Shown here: positions 20,071-36,461 of the stretch, piece after piece
Layout: each line of letters begins with the position of its first letter
Numbering within the stretch: position 1 is the first letter of the stretch
Source of the DNA: an uncultured Clostridia bacterium
GTDB taxonomy: Bacteria; Bacillota; Clostridia; Oscillospirales; Acutalibacteraceae
Direction: 5' to 3'
Assembly: GCA_947625485.1 (NCBI GenBank)
Contig: CANQOP010000007.1
Coordinates: 9,330-73,329, forward strand
Length of the DNA: 64,000 nucleotides
The notes under the pieces: generated by a model
Databases searched by the model: none
What the model was told of the DNA's origin: nothing
What the model saw: the letters and a program-made list of their open reading frames with translations, nothing else
Position numbers and translations under genes: made by a program

Positions 20071-20916
20071 ATGAAGAAAAAGAAAACAATACTTTGTGCG
20101 GCTGCTGCTCTTTCAGTAATCAGCGCGAGCTGTTTAGGGGCGTCAGCGGCAAGTCCTGAGCCGACAAAAACAGTTTTTCTCAACGTAAGTTTGGAAGAAA
20201 TCGTACCGAAACCATTTTCACTAAAGATAACACTGAACAAGAAAAATGTAGTCGGCAATGTCGGCAAAAAAATCAGACTCAAGTCCGAAACTAACGCGGA
20301 CGGATATGACGTTACATACTCGAGTACCAATAATAAGGTCGCCGTCGTCAGCAAAAACGGAGTTATAAAGCTCAAGCGACGCGGCAAGGCAAATATCATC
20401 GCAAGCTGCAACAGCGTTCAAAAGATATGCAAAGTAACGTCAAAACCAAAAAAACACATTATCAAGGACGTGCGTAACACGATTAAGGACGAAACTATGA
20501 GCAGCATAGCGGCTCAAATAGGATGTCAGACAGATTACGCATACCCGAACTCATCTATAATGTGCAGCGCATATTCATACGCATATGCTTACTATCAGGT
20601 GACGGGTCAGCTCAGAACGCCGGGAAGTTTCTGGTGCGGCGGATGCACCTGGGAGGGCGGCACATACAGCCGTTACGGCTCGAGTACGGCAATGCTTTCC
20701 GCAATTAAGGAGTCACTCGACGAAAACAAGGCGTGCGTAGGACTACTAAGCGTGGGACGTTCGTCCACACATTACGTTACATTCTACGGTTACACAGGTA
20801 ACGGCGACACGCTCAGCGATTTTAAAATTCTCGACCCGTGGGACGGTAAACTTACAACCGGCGCGGGCTACGGTTACAGCTACACGGGCTATCACGTAGC
20901 GACCGTTAATGCATAA
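20071..20916 (+). CDS. Secreted protein with Lys-rich Ig-like (Big_2) domain and C-terminal papain-like (C39-like) domain
   Basis: Signal peptide; YSSTNNKVAVVSKNG.I Big_2 pattern; putative Cys-His-Asp triad in MCSAYS, THYVT and ILDPW. Confidence 0.7.
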   Translation: MKKKKTILCAAAALSVISASCLGASAASPEPTKTVFLNVSLEEIVPKPFSLKITLNKKNVVGNVGKKIRLKSETNADGYDVTYSSTNNKVAVVSKNGVIKLKRRGKANIIASCNSVQKICKVTSKPKKHIIKDVRNTIKDETMSSIAAQIGCQTDYAYPNSSIMCSAYSYAYAYYQVTGQLRTPGSFWCGGCTWEGGTYSRYGSSTAMLSAIKESLDENKACVGLLSVGRSSTHYVTFYGYTGNGDTLSDFKILDPWDGKLTTGAGYGYSYTGYHVATVNA

Positions 20917-21156
20917 ACAAGATATTTAAGGCTGTTGTGATTACAACAGCCTTTTATATTAAACGGGGATTAACTTTTGAAAGTGTATACACGTTAAGGA
21001 CGCAACCAATCGAAAATATTATTTTTAGGAAAAGTTAGGAAAAGCATTTCCGTAAAACATAAAGAAAACCGAGAACAGCCGCTCTATTGAGCGGCTGTTC
21101 CCGGATTTAGAAGTTTTGAAATTAACGTGAAAACGTGGATGTCTGTTTAATAGTCT

Positions 21157-21408
21157 TCAGCAAACCTCATCATAAAGGTTAAGTCTGAAAAGCTTGCTCT
21201 CATCAGTCTTGTTCTCGCAGACTATAGACGCCTCTGCAATCTTTCCGCCCTCAATAAGCTGAGTAAGACCGACAAGCTGTGAAAGCTTACTGCGGAGATT
21301 GAGCTTATCTCCGTCCTTGGTAACGAGAAATACGTTACCCTCGCAGGTATCAAGCACAGCTAAAAATTCAGAAACGTTAACGTCATGCATGTTGAGAATA
21401 GGTGTCAT
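21157..21408 (-). CDS. HPr-like small protein
   Basis: 83 aa; V.L...DG..LNLRS matches the HPr Ser46 region; strong AAGGAGG RBS. Confidence 0.65.
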   Translation of the reverse strand: MTPILNMHDVNVSEFLAVLDTCEGNVFLVTKDGDKLNLRSKLSQLVGLTQLIEGGKIAEASIVCENKTDESKLFRLNLYDEVC

Positions 21409-21896
21409 AACTTTCTCCTCCTTTTCAATTTTCTGTTGCCATTTACCATTTGACGATTTTATTCCCCTCGCGGCCGCGCTCTCATAATTCGCGTGCGATG
21501 GGTATATGAAAGCCGTCGCATACTGCGCACGCTTTCGTGAAATGTACGGTTGTGTGATCCGTAGTCAGGCGGACTTTTTCCTGACGATTATATTATACTC
21601 ATTTTTTCGTGAAAGTCAACAATTTATCTCGCTTTTATTTGTAGATAATGACGAACTAAAAGCAAAAATAGCTAACTTAATTTACTATAATATGTGCAAT
21701 TAGCACAATAAAATTAATTTAGGTTTACACACTTCGACTTTTTTGTCTGTGTATTTTCGTCAAAATTCACTTGTTTTGAAAAGAATGAATGTGATCCTTT
21801 TGCACTTTTAACAAATTTAATATACGGCTTAATATTGCCCGACTATAAAAAATATAGTATAATATCGGGTATAAAGAGGTTTTCGGAGGAAAAGAT

Positions 21897-23393
21897 ATGT
21901 TAAATAATTTTTATAAAGGATTCAAAAGCGGCACCGACATTCGCGGCGTCGCCGTCGAGGGCGTTGAGAGTCAGAACGTAAACCTCACGAACGAGGTCGT
22001 CGCCTCCATGGCAGACGGCTTTATACTGTGGCTTTGCGAGAATGTCGGGAAAAAAGCCTACGAGCTGACCGTATCAATCGGGCGTGACAGCCGAATAAGC
22101 GGACCGCGTATCGTAGAAGTAGTATCCGCGGAGATGAAGAACGCGGGCGTACGCGTGATTGACTGCGGTCTTGCGTCCACTCCGTCGATGTTTATGACTA
22201 CGGTTGACCTTAACTGTGACGGCGCCGTGCAGATTACGGCGAGCCACCACCCTTACAACCGCAACGGTTTAAAATTCTTTACCCGTCAGGGCGGACTGGA
22301 GGGAAGCGATATTGAGCAGATTCTGCAATTCGCTCAGGACGGAGAAAAGCCACAAAAAGCCGAGGGAACGATTGAAAGCGTTCCGTATATGGAACAGTAC
22401 TGCGAGCATTTAAAGAATATTATTAAAAAGGAAGTAAACGCGGAAAACTACGACAAACCGCTCGACGGCTTTAAAATAGTTGTTGACGCAGGAAACGGCG
22501 TCGGAGGATTTTACGCGTCTGTACTTAATGATTTAGGCGCAGATACAAACGGCAGCCGCTATCTCGACCCTGACGGAATGTTTCCCAATCATATTCCCAA
22601 TCCCGAAAACAAAGAAGCTATGATGTCGATTTGCGAAGCTGTTAAGGAAAGCAAGGCTGATATGGGAATTATATTCGACACCGATGTTGACCGCGGCGGC
22701 GCGGTTGACAAAAGCGGAAACGAAATCAACCGTAACAGGCTAGTGGCGCTTGCGGCGGCGATAGCGCTCGAGGGTAATAAGGGCGGTACGATTGTTACCG
22801 ACTCTATCACTTCGAGCGGTCTGAAAGATTTTATTGAAAATTCGCTCGGCGGAAAGCACTACCGCTATCGCCGCGGATATAAAAACGTCATAGACAAGGG
22901 TCTTGAGCTGAACGCTCACGGAATAAACTGTCCTCTCGCGATTGAAACCTCGGGTCACGCGGCTATGCGCGAGAACTACTTTCTCGACGACGGAGCATAC
23001 CTATGCACCAAAATTATAATAAAAATGGCCCAGCTTAGTAAAGAGGGCAAGTGTATCGAAAGTATAACCGAGAGTCTCAGGGAGCCTGTTGAGGAGACGG
23101 AAATCCGTTTTAAAATTCTTGAGGAGGACTTCAGAGCCTGCGGCGAAAGAATTATAGCCGACCTCACTAAATATGCGGAAAGCTCCGAGGGCTGGATTCT
23201 GGCAGACGATAACCGCGAGGGCGTTCGCGTCTCCTTCGGGGAAAACGACGGCAACGGCTGGTTTTTGCTCAGGCTCTCCGTACACGACCCGATTATGCCG
23301 CTTAATATCGAAAGCGACAGTATAGGCGGTGTTGAGATAATCAAGGAAAAGCTGTTTAAGTTTCTTAAAACAACAAAAGGATTAAAAATCTGA
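21897..23393 (+). CDS. Phosphomannomutase/phosphoglucomutase family
   Basis: GTDIRG, TASHHP active-site serine, FDTDVDR metal loop, ETSGH. Confidence 0.92.
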   Translation: MLNNFYKGFKSGTDIRGVAVEGVESQNVNLTNEVVASMADGFILWLCENVGKKAYELTVSIGRDSRISGPRIVEVVSAEMKNAGVRVIDCGLASTPSMFMTTVDLNCDGAVQITASHHPYNRNGLKFFTRQGGLEGSDIEQILQFAQDGEKPQKAEGTIESVPYMEQYCEHLKNIIKKEVNAENYDKPLDGFKIVVDAGNGVGGFYASVLNDLGADTNGSRYLDPDGMFPNHIPNPENKEAMMSICEAVKESKADMGIIFDTDVDRGGAVDKSGNEINRNRLVALAAAIALEGNKGGTIVTDSITSSGLKDFIENSLGGKHYRYRRGYKNVIDKGLELNAHGINCPLAIETSGHAAMRENYFLDDGAYLCTKIIIKMAQLSKEGKCIESITESLREPVEETEIRFKILEEDFRACGERIIADLTKYAESSEGWILADDNREGVRVSFGENDGNGWFLLRLSVHDPIMPLNIESDSIGGVEIIKEKLFKFLKTTKGLKI

Positions 23394-23529
23394 AATATAT
23401 AGCTAAAAAAGACGGGGCATAACGCTCCGTCTTTCTAATATGCCTCGCGTGCATGCACGCTTAGTGCGCAACTGCACGGGAAATATAAATTTAATTGATA
23501 CGAATTTCCTATAAAATTGAAAAGACATT

Positions 23530-24285
23530 CTATCGGTTGCTTTTTATAAATGTAAAGTAATTTAATGCGGTTATCCCCAAAAACAAATAAGGGAGTGTGC
23601 TTAACAGCAGATTAACCGTCAGAGCAATCTGTTGCGCATCGTTATCAAAAATTGAAACAATAGACGCCGATATAAAAAATACTGCGGCAAAAATAAGATT
23701 CATTACAGCGAAAAACATTGCCGTCCCACGTCTGGTCTTTCCATCTTTCACACTCTTTCTCACAGAGCCCGCAAATAAAAGCTGAGAAATCGCAAACAAC
23801 AGAACTAAAATACATATTATTAATAAAATTGTAGCCAGTACCACTGTTATTCCTCCTGAAATTATAGCAACCGGAAAGAACCGTAATAAAAACAGCGCTG
23901 TACTAAAAAATACTGCAAGAACTATAAGAGTTGCCAAAGCCAGAAAAGCCACTAAACATATTATTACAAAAATTAAGCTAATTACCGAACCTGTTTTAAA
24001 AAAGGCTGACGCAAAGCTCAGAGTCCCGTTTTTTCTTCGGCTTTCGAGAAAAAATATCAGCAGCGCCGCCGCAATGAACAGCTCAAAAAAGTTTATATTA
24101 TATTTTTGTATTTCATAAAGAAAACTGTTTTGAAATTCGTCCTCATAAAATATATTGAAAAAGTCAATACGGAAAATTCCCGTAAGGCTAAACACAAGTC
24201 TTACAATAGCCGTCAGAAAAATCACAGCCGAATTCACAGCTACAATCGGCTTGCGAAAAAAATCTTTTAAAATATCATTTCTCAT
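23530..24285 (-). CDS. Hypothetical multi-pass membrane protein
   Basis: About six hydrophobic segments; overlaps the upstream regulator gene by 11 nt. Confidence 0.7.
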   Translation of the reverse strand: MRNDILKDFFRKPIVAVNSAVIFLTAIVRLVFSLTGIFRIDFFNIFYEDEFQNSFLYEIQKYNINFFELFIAAALLIFFLESRRKNGTLSFASAFFKTGSVISLIFVIICLVAFLALATLIVLAVFFSTALFLLRFFPVAIISGGITVVLATILLIICILVLLFAISQLLFAGSVRKSVKDGKTRRGTAMFFAVMNLIFAAVFFISASIVSIFDNDAQQIALTVNLLLSTLPYLFLGITALNYFTFIKSNR

Positions 24286-25099
24286 CTTTTTTACCGTAAA
24301 TTCCTCTAATCATTTTAACCACGCAATAGTAAATTGGAATGGTGAGATATGCAATCCAGCTCCAAGACCAGCCGTTAAATAAAAATCCCGATAACATCTG
24401 GAATACGATGCAGACCACAGGATATGCAAATATGTTGGCGTCGCGTTTATAAATTGCCTCGACAAGCGTGTGGTAGATAGGTATAGCCAGAAGGCATACC
24501 CAGGACAGAGAAAAACCGCACAGAGCACCCGAATATCCCCACAACAGCATCGCTATTAATGCAATAATCCAGATAGGGAAAATATGTGCGACTTTCTTTT
24601 TATACTTTTTCTTTTTTATTTCTTTGTCAACCATGACGTTTCCGTTCTCATCGGTATAGGCGCAGACCTTCACGCCGTTATGAACATGAACTCCGTCCTT
24701 GCCGACGTGTACATATGAGCCGTCCTTAGACTGAACATTAACTCCTCTCTTTAAACTGATGTCCACCTTGTCCTCTCCATCGTGAATGCGGATACCCGCT
24801 TTGCTAAACGAAAATCGGTCGTCCGTTTCATATGTGGTATTTTCATCCGGCGCGTCTTTGGTATATTTCTCTGCATTATTGTTTACAGACTGTTCCTCTT
24901 TCCCTCTGAGCAGCTCGTCAAGAGTTACTCCGTAGACGTTCGCCAATATAATAAGGTTGTCGGTATCGGGAGAAGCCTCGGCGCGTTCCCACTTTGAGAC
25001 CGCCTGACGGCTTACTCCGATTTTCTCGGCAAGTTCTTCCTGAGAAAAGCCAAACTTTTTTCTGTACTCTAATAATCTGTTAGCTGTCTCAATATTCAT
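24275..25099 (-). CDS. XRE-family HTH regulator with C-terminal membrane helices
   Basis: SQEELAEKIGVSRQAVSKWE..EASPD N-terminus; hydrophobic C-terminal third. Confidence 0.85.
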   Translation of the reverse strand: MNIETANRLLEYRKKFGFSQEELAEKIGVSRQAVSKWERAEASPDTDNLIILANVYGVTLDELLRGKEEQSVNNNAEKYTKDAPDENTTYETDDRFSFSKAGIRIHDGEDKVDISLKRGVNVQSKDGSYVHVGKDGVHVHNGVKVCAYTDENGNVMVDKEIKKKKYKKKVAHIFPIWIIALIAMLLWGYSGALCGFSLSWVCLLAIPIYHTLVEAIYKRDANIFAYPVVCIVFQMLSGFLFNGWSWSWIAYLTIPIYYCVVKMIRGIYGKKDEK

Positions 25100-25261
25100 T
25101 CTTTACCCTCCGTTTTGTTGCGATTATAATTTTTGATTCTCTCCTCAAGTGCTAAAATTTCCGGTTTTTTAAACACCGTGATGATATTCTAATACGCAAC
25201 CGCATAAAAATGCTATACACTTCGGTTTTCATCTGCGCAACCGTTGGTTGCAATCCGGCTC

Positions 25262-27163
25262 CTATCCTATATATTCCAAATTCTCCGTGTCAAGTTCGGC
25301 GGTGGAAAGAGCAGGTTTTGCCAGAGGAATTTTTTTACCCCCTTTTATAAAAAGCGGCACTTCGTTAAGAGCAACCTCTATGTAGCGGATACCCTTTTCG
25401 AGCGATTCCTCCGTTACGTTCTCTCCGCTTAACTTTACGAATGTCATCGGTTCGGGCAGATAGACCGTTCTGCCGCTCTTGTTCTGCTCGTAAATCGGAG
25501 CAATCATACACTCGTCGCCGAGCATAAGCTGGTCCTCGATTTCAGAGGCAATTTTGTCGTTCGGATAGTCAAACGCCAGAGGTCGGAACATCATATCGTT
25601 TTCGTCGCTGCAGCGGCGGAATGTGCTGTATATATAAGGAATAAGGCGGTAACGAACGGCAAGCACGTCCGAAAAAGCCTGAATGTCACCGAATTGATAC
25701 GCCTCCTGAGCCCGAGTTCCAAGTGAGCGGTGATTTCTCATAAGCGGCGTAAAAACTCCGAGTTGCAGCCAACGCAGGAGCAAATCGGCAGTACAGTTAT
25801 GTCCAAATCCGCCCAAATCAGCGCCGCAGTAGAGGAAACCGCACATATTCACAGACGGAAGCATTTTTAAGTTAAGGAGAATATGCGACCACCAACTGAA
25901 ATTATCGCCGAACCATATTCCGCTTCCGCGGTGAGCGCCGATATAAGAGGCACGCGAAAAAATCAGAATTTTTTCCTTTCCATACATTTCCTCGAAGTAA
26001 TCGGACGCGGCGCGCGTCATAAACGCGCCGTAAATGTTGTGGACGTCCTTGTGGCAAACCATTTTGCCGTCAAAATCGTGGTAGAACGACGAGTAATCGT
26101 CCATACTGTTTGTAATTCCGAGCACGGCGTCTTTCATACCAAAAAAGCCCCATATATCAATCTCTTTTTCGGAAAGCTCTGAAAGCTTTCTCTGAGCCTT
26201 TTTCAGTCCGTCTGCAGAGTAGAACAGCGCAGGCTCATTCATATCGTTCCAGAAGCCGTCTATACCGAAATCCGTGAGCGTTTTATACTGCCTGCCGAAC
26301 CAGCGTCGGGCATTTGTATTAAGAAAATCAGGAAGCCCCACAACACCGGGCCATACTCCGCACTCAAACTCATTACCACCTTTATCCGTGCAGAAATAAC
26401 CGTTTTCATGCCCTTCGTCATAGACCGTATAGCCTTTTTCGTTCTTTACGCCTGCGTCGATAATCGGTATAAGGTGAATATTATGCTCTTTCATATCGTC
26501 AACGAACGCCTTAAAATCAGGAAAGCTTTTGGAATTTACGGTAAAGTCCTTAAAACTGTCCATATAGTCTATATCCATATAGATGCAGTCCAGAGGAAGA
26601 TTGTTCTTTCTGTGGTTGTCGCGTACTGCGCGGAAATCCTCCTGAGAGGAATAGCCCCAGCAGCTCTGTTGATAGCCGAACGCCCAGAACGGCGGAATAT
26701 AGCTTTTTCCAATCAGCCTTCTGAACTGACGTACTATATCGCGTTCGGTTTCGCCGTCAACTATGTAAAGATATGCGCTGTCGCCCGACGCGGTTATTTT
26801 CGCATTATCCGGAGAGGTGTAACCTAAATCCCACTCCACCTTACCGGGAAAATCAACAAAGAGCGCAAATTTCTTTTTTCCGCTTACTATTATGAAGTTA
26901 TGCGCGCCGTAAAGCGAGCGTTTATCCTCTGTGTGATGGGTCTCGTCGGAGCACCAGCTCTCATAAATCCAGCCGCGCTTATTTATTCCGCGGACAGCCT
27001 CACCGAGACCGTAGATTTTGTCACCACCTTTAAGGGCAAAACTAATTTCTATACTCTCCCCTGTCTTTATACTCAGAGGAAACTCCGAAATCGGGGATAT
27101 ATCGAGCTGTTCTGCTACTGCGTTTGTGTCGAACGGCTCACCTGTTTTGAATCGTTTTATCAC
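25262..27163 (-). CDS. GH31 alpha-glucosidase
   Basis: YGLGE, DIDYMD, FWNDMNEP nucleophile, W.GDN, GADLGGF; GTG at 27163 after AAGGAG. Confidence 0.9.
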   Translation of the reverse strand: MIKRFKTGEPFDTNAVAEQLDISPISEFPLSIKTGESIEISFALKGGDKIYGLGEAVRGINKRGWIYESWCSDETHHTEDKRSLYGAHNFIIVSGKKKFALFVDFPGKVEWDLGYTSPDNAKITASGDSAYLYIVDGETERDIVRQFRRLIGKSYIPPFWAFGYQQSCWGYSSQEDFRAVRDNHRKNNLPLDCIYMDIDYMDSFKDFTVNSKSFPDFKAFVDDMKEHNIHLIPIIDAGVKNEKGYTVYDEGHENGYFCTDKGGNEFECGVWPGVVGLPDFLNTNARRWFGRQYKTLTDFGIDGFWNDMNEPALFYSADGLKKAQRKLSELSEKEIDIWGFFGMKDAVLGITNSMDDYSSFYHDFDGKMVCHKDVHNIYGAFMTRAASDYFEEMYGKEKILIFSRASYIGAHRGSGIWFGDNFSWWSHILLNLKMLPSVNMCGFLYCGADLGGFGHNCTADLLLRWLQLGVFTPLMRNHRSLGTRAQEAYQFGDIQAFSDVLAVRYRLIPYIYSTFRRCSDENDMMFRPLAFDYPNDKIASEIEDQLMLGDECMIAPIYEQNKSGRTVYLPEPMTFVKLSGENVTEESLEKGIRYIEVALNEVPLFIKGGKKIPLAKPALSTAELDTENLEYIG

Positions 27164-27379
27164 GTTACTCAACTCCTTATCTTTTCTTATTGTAATGGAA
27201 TTATAAACTTTTTTCAACAGAAAATTTGCGATAAAACGGACTGTATATCTGTTGTGCGTATATACGTTCAGTTCTCCGCCTCGCCTAAAATGCGAGTAAA
27301 GCAAGAAGTTGCCTCAAAGAGACAACTTCTTATCTATTTCTCACGAAGGAACGCGCTTAGCGCTCACACATTATTAAGT

Positions 27380-28564
27380 TTATTCGGAAAGCAGTCTCTT
27401 TATGCGTTCAATTGCCTCAACTGTGTTCTCTCTGTCTCCGAATGAAGTCAGTCGAAAGTAGCCGGCGCCGTTCTTTCCGAAGCCTTCGCCTGGCGTACCG
27501 ACCACATTAGCATTCTCTAGCAGATAGTCGAAGAATTCCCAGCTTCCCATACCGTTTGGACACTTAAGCCATATATACGGCGAATTTTTCCCGCCCGTGT
27601 AATAAATACCGAGTTCGTCCATAGCAGATGAAATTATTTTCGCGTTCTCCTGATAGTAAGCGATATTCTCCTTAATCTGTCTCTGACCTTCTTCACTGAA
27701 CACAGCCGCGGCAGCACGCTGTACGGGCCATGAAACGCCGTTAAACTTGGTAGCCTCGCGGCGGTACCAGAGATTGTAGATATTATGACCGTCGCGCTCG
27801 AGTTCCTTAGGAATTACGGTATATCCGCAGCGTGTACCCGTAAAACCGGCTGTTTTGGAAAGCGAGCAAAGCTCAATCGCGCAGGTACGCGCGCCCTCAA
27901 CAGCAAAAATCGAGCGAGGTAAATCATCGTCCGTAATAAACGCCTCATAAGCGGCGTCGTAAATTATAACAGCGTCGTTTTTATTCGCGTAATCGACCCA
28001 TTGTTTCAGCTCATCGTATGTATACGCGGAGCCTGTAGGGTTATTCGGAGAACAAAGGTAGATTATGTCAGCCTTTATGTCCTTCGGAGGCATAGCCGCG
28101 AATCCGTTCTCGGCGTTTGAATCGGCGTAGACAATTTTTCTTCCCGCCATAATATTGCTGTCAACATAAACCGGATATACGGGGTCGGTCACGAGCACGA
28201 GGTTGTCGGCTCCGAATATATCGCCGATATTGCCCGAATCGGACTTTGCGCCGTCGGTTATGAGAATCTCATCAGCCGAAACATCGACGCCAAAGCTCTT
28301 ATAATAGTCGGAAACAGCTTTCCTTACGAACTCATATCCCTCATAGTCGGGATATCCCTTAAAGGTTTCCTTTCTGCCAAGCTCGTCCGCACCCTTTTTC
28401 ATAGCCTCGACCACAACGGGCGCGAGCGGAAGGGTAACGTCGCCGATACCGAGCTTAATCACCTTCTTATCGGGATTATTCTTAATAAATTCATTGGTGC
28501 GCTTTGCTACCTCGGCAAAGAGGTAGTTTGGCACGAGGTTGTCAAAATTTCTGTTTATTTTCAT
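27380..28564 (-). CDS. dapL: LL-diaminopimelate aminotransferase
   Basis: LGIGDVT, GAKSD, CSPNNPTG, SLSKTAGFTGTRCG, PY.W motifs. Confidence 0.93.
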   Translation of the reverse strand: MKINRNFDNLVPNYLFAEVAKRTNEFIKNNPDKKVIKLGIGDVTLPLAPVVVEAMKKGADELGRKETFKGYPDYEGYEFVRKAVSDYYKSFGVDVSADEILITDGAKSDSGNIGDIFGADNLVLVTDPVYPVYVDSNIMAGRKIVYADSNAENGFAAMPPKDIKADIIYLCSPNNPTGSAYTYDELKQWVDYANKNDAVIIYDAAYEAFITDDDLPRSIFAVEGARTCAIELCSLSKTAGFTGTRCGYTVIPKELERDGHNIYNLWYRREATKFNGVSWPVQRAAAAVFSEEGQRQIKENIAYYQENAKIISSAMDELGIYYTGGKNSPYIWLKCPNGMGSWEFFDYLLENANVVGTPGEGFGKNGAGYFRLTSFGDRENTVEAIERIKRLLSE

Positions 28565-28694
28565 ATAGTCCCTCCATCAGAAAAGAACACAGTACACACA
28601 AATTTTATATACCCGCCGCGCGCCATTAGTGCGCCTCTGTGCAGGTATATAAATTGTTTTACATTGTTCCATATATATTTCTTAATGCAACCTT

Positions 28695-34366
<5,672 letters not shown>

Positions 34367-34427
34367 AATATCATTCCTTACTAAAAAATCTTAACTGCGT
34401 TGTAATCACTGAATCTTATATTTAAAA

Positions 34428-35510
34428 CTACTTTTTATGCTCCTTAATCATTTCGATAAAGCGGTCAAACAGAAAGGCTGTATCCTTCGGACCGCCGCAC
34501 GCCTCGGGGTGGAATTGAACGGAAAAGGCAGGCATATTTTTGTAGTTTATACCCTCGCAGGTTCCGTCGTTTCCGTTTACAAAGCTCACCTCTGCGGTAT
34601 CGGGAATTGAGTCGTTGATTACGGCATAGCCGTGGTTTTGGGAAGTGATATACACTCTGTCGGTGCTCAGCTCCTTAGCGGGCTGATTAGCGCCGCGGTG
34701 ACCGTAGTGTAGCTTTTCCGTCCTTGCGCCCTGAGAAAGAGCCAAAAGCTGATGACCCAGGCATATACCGAAAGTCGGAATCTTATGCTCGCACAGCTTT
34801 TTGAGTGTAGCGATAGCCTCAACGTTCTCCTGCGGGTCCCCCGGTCCGTTACTTAGCATAATCCCGTCGGGGTCAAGCTCCAAAATTTCCTCAGCAGTCG
34901 CGCTGTACGGCACAACTGTAAGGTTGCAGCCGCGCTTTACCAGTTCTCTTCCGATATTGTGCTTTGCTCCATAGTCGATAAGCACTACGTTATACTCGGG
35001 CTTTTCCGATTTAAACTCAACCTTACTATCTATAGAAGTGCTCTTTACCGCATCGGTCACCCTGTACTGCCTGATTTCCTCAATATCCTTTTCCAGGTTA
35101 TCGAGCGTGTAGGTCAGCTTGCAGTTCATAACGCCGTACTCACGCACAATACGCGTAAGGGCGCGGGTGTCAATATCGTAAAGTCCCGGAATATCGGCGC
35201 TTTTTAAAAAAGTGTCAAGATTCCCCTCACAACGGAAGTTGCTGGGAGCTTGGCACCAGTTTCTAACAATATAAGCTTTTAAAGCCGGGGACTTGCTCTC
35301 GAAATCAGAGGGAATAACCCCGTAGTTTCCGATAAGCGGGAATGTCTGGATTACCACCTGACCGTAATAGCTGGGGTCGGTGAGTGTCTCAAGATAGCCT
35401 GTCATCGCGGTTGTGAAGACCAGCTCTCCCGTGGTTTCTTTTTCTGCTCCGAAAGCCTTGCCCTCGAAATATGTGCCGTTTTCCAATATTAAATATGCGC
35501 TGCGGCTCAT
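34428..35510 (-). CDS. carA: Carbamoyl-phosphate synthase small subunit
   Basis: TAMTGY.E.LTDPSY.GQ, SNGPGDP, GICLGHQ, QFHPEA. Confidence 0.97.
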   Translation of the reverse strand: MSRSAYLILENGTYFEGKAFGAEKETTGELVFTTAMTGYLETLTDPSYYGQVVIQTFPLIGNYGVIPSDFESKSPALKAYIVRNWCQAPSNFRCEGNLDTFLKSADIPGLYDIDTRALTRIVREYGVMNCKLTYTLDNLEKDIEEIRQYRVTDAVKSTSIDSKVEFKSEKPEYNVVLIDYGAKHNIGRELVKRGCNLTVVPYSATAEEILELDPDGIMLSNGPGDPQENVEAIATLKKLCEHKIPTFGICLGHQLLALSQGARTEKLHYGHRGANQPAKELSTDRVYITSQNHGYAVINDSIPDTAEVSFVNGNDGTCEGINYKNMPAFSVQFHPEACGGPKDTAFLFDRFIEMIKEHKK

Positions 35511-35563
35511 TAAACCAATCCTTTCATTTCGTTTTCTAAATTTCTAAATTCTAAATAGTTTTC

Positions 35564-36130
35564 TTAGTTTTCGTATGTTCTTATTACCTGTTTTGCAATG
35601 CTCAGCTTGCTCGTGCGCATATTCATCGCCTGCTTTTCCAGGTAGCGGTGCGCCTGCTGCTCGGTCATAGAAAGGCACTGTATCAGAAGAAGCTTAGCGC
35701 GGTTTATAACGTTGACTTCCTCGAGCTTGCTTTTAAGCTTTTCGTTCTCGCGCTCAAACGTCAGCAGTCTTTCCTTAAAGCACTGAGTAAAAATCAGGTA
35801 GTGATGAAACAGGTGCTTATTAATTGGCTTAGAAATAACTAGGACGCCGTGACTGTCCACAATATTAAACGCGTCAAGAGAACGCTCCTGCTGCACTATA
35901 AGAATAACGCACGCTTTGGTATGCTCTGCGCAGTACACGGAGAAGTTAAGACCGCTTTCCTCCTCGAGCGGAGTGTTTATAACAATAGCGTCGTATTCGT
36001 TCTTTGAAAGTTTGTCCTTGGCTATATCCACAGCGGCTAAGCAGTCAATATCGTTGTAGTCTTCCTTCTTTAACATCTGAGCGATAGTACGCAGACCTGT
36101 TTCTGTTTTGGAGATAATTAATGCTTTCAT
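35564..36130 (-). CDS. ANTAR antiterminator with pseudo-receiver domain (NitR/AmiR-like)
   Basis: C-terminal INRAKLLLI...EQQAHRYLEKQAMNMR..K..IAK ANTAR motif; receiver-like N-terminus with DAIVIN in place of the phospho-Asp strand. Confidence 0.88.
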   Translation of the reverse strand: MKALIISKTETGLRTIAQMLKKEDYNDIDCLAAVDIAKDKLSKNEYDAIVINTPLEEESGLNFSVYCAEHTKACVILIVQQERSLDAFNIVDSHGVLVISKPINKHLFHHYLIFTQCFKERLLTFERENEKLKSKLEEVNVINRAKLLLIQCLSMTEQQAHRYLEKQAMNMRTSKLSIAKQVIRTYEN

Positions 36131-36461
36131 AAATATCACCATCGTAGTATTCCAACATAGTATTTTAATCTATTTAAGGCAAAAAGATATTACATATTAG
36201 AATAATAAGAAATTTATTTTTTCACAAGTTTAGCACAAGTTTAGTATGAGCGCATATTATAATGTATATAAACAAGTTTTTAATAGCTTATTGCTTGATT
36301 TAATTAAGTTAGCTAACATTAAAAACCGTTTGTTTTGCAACTTTAATTTATTAAACTTGCATATTTACGTTAATTATACACTAATTTGGCTGTGTTTCGC
36401 AATATATTTTTTATATACTTGCATAATTTTGCGTTTTTTAATAAAATTTTTTCTTTTTCTC

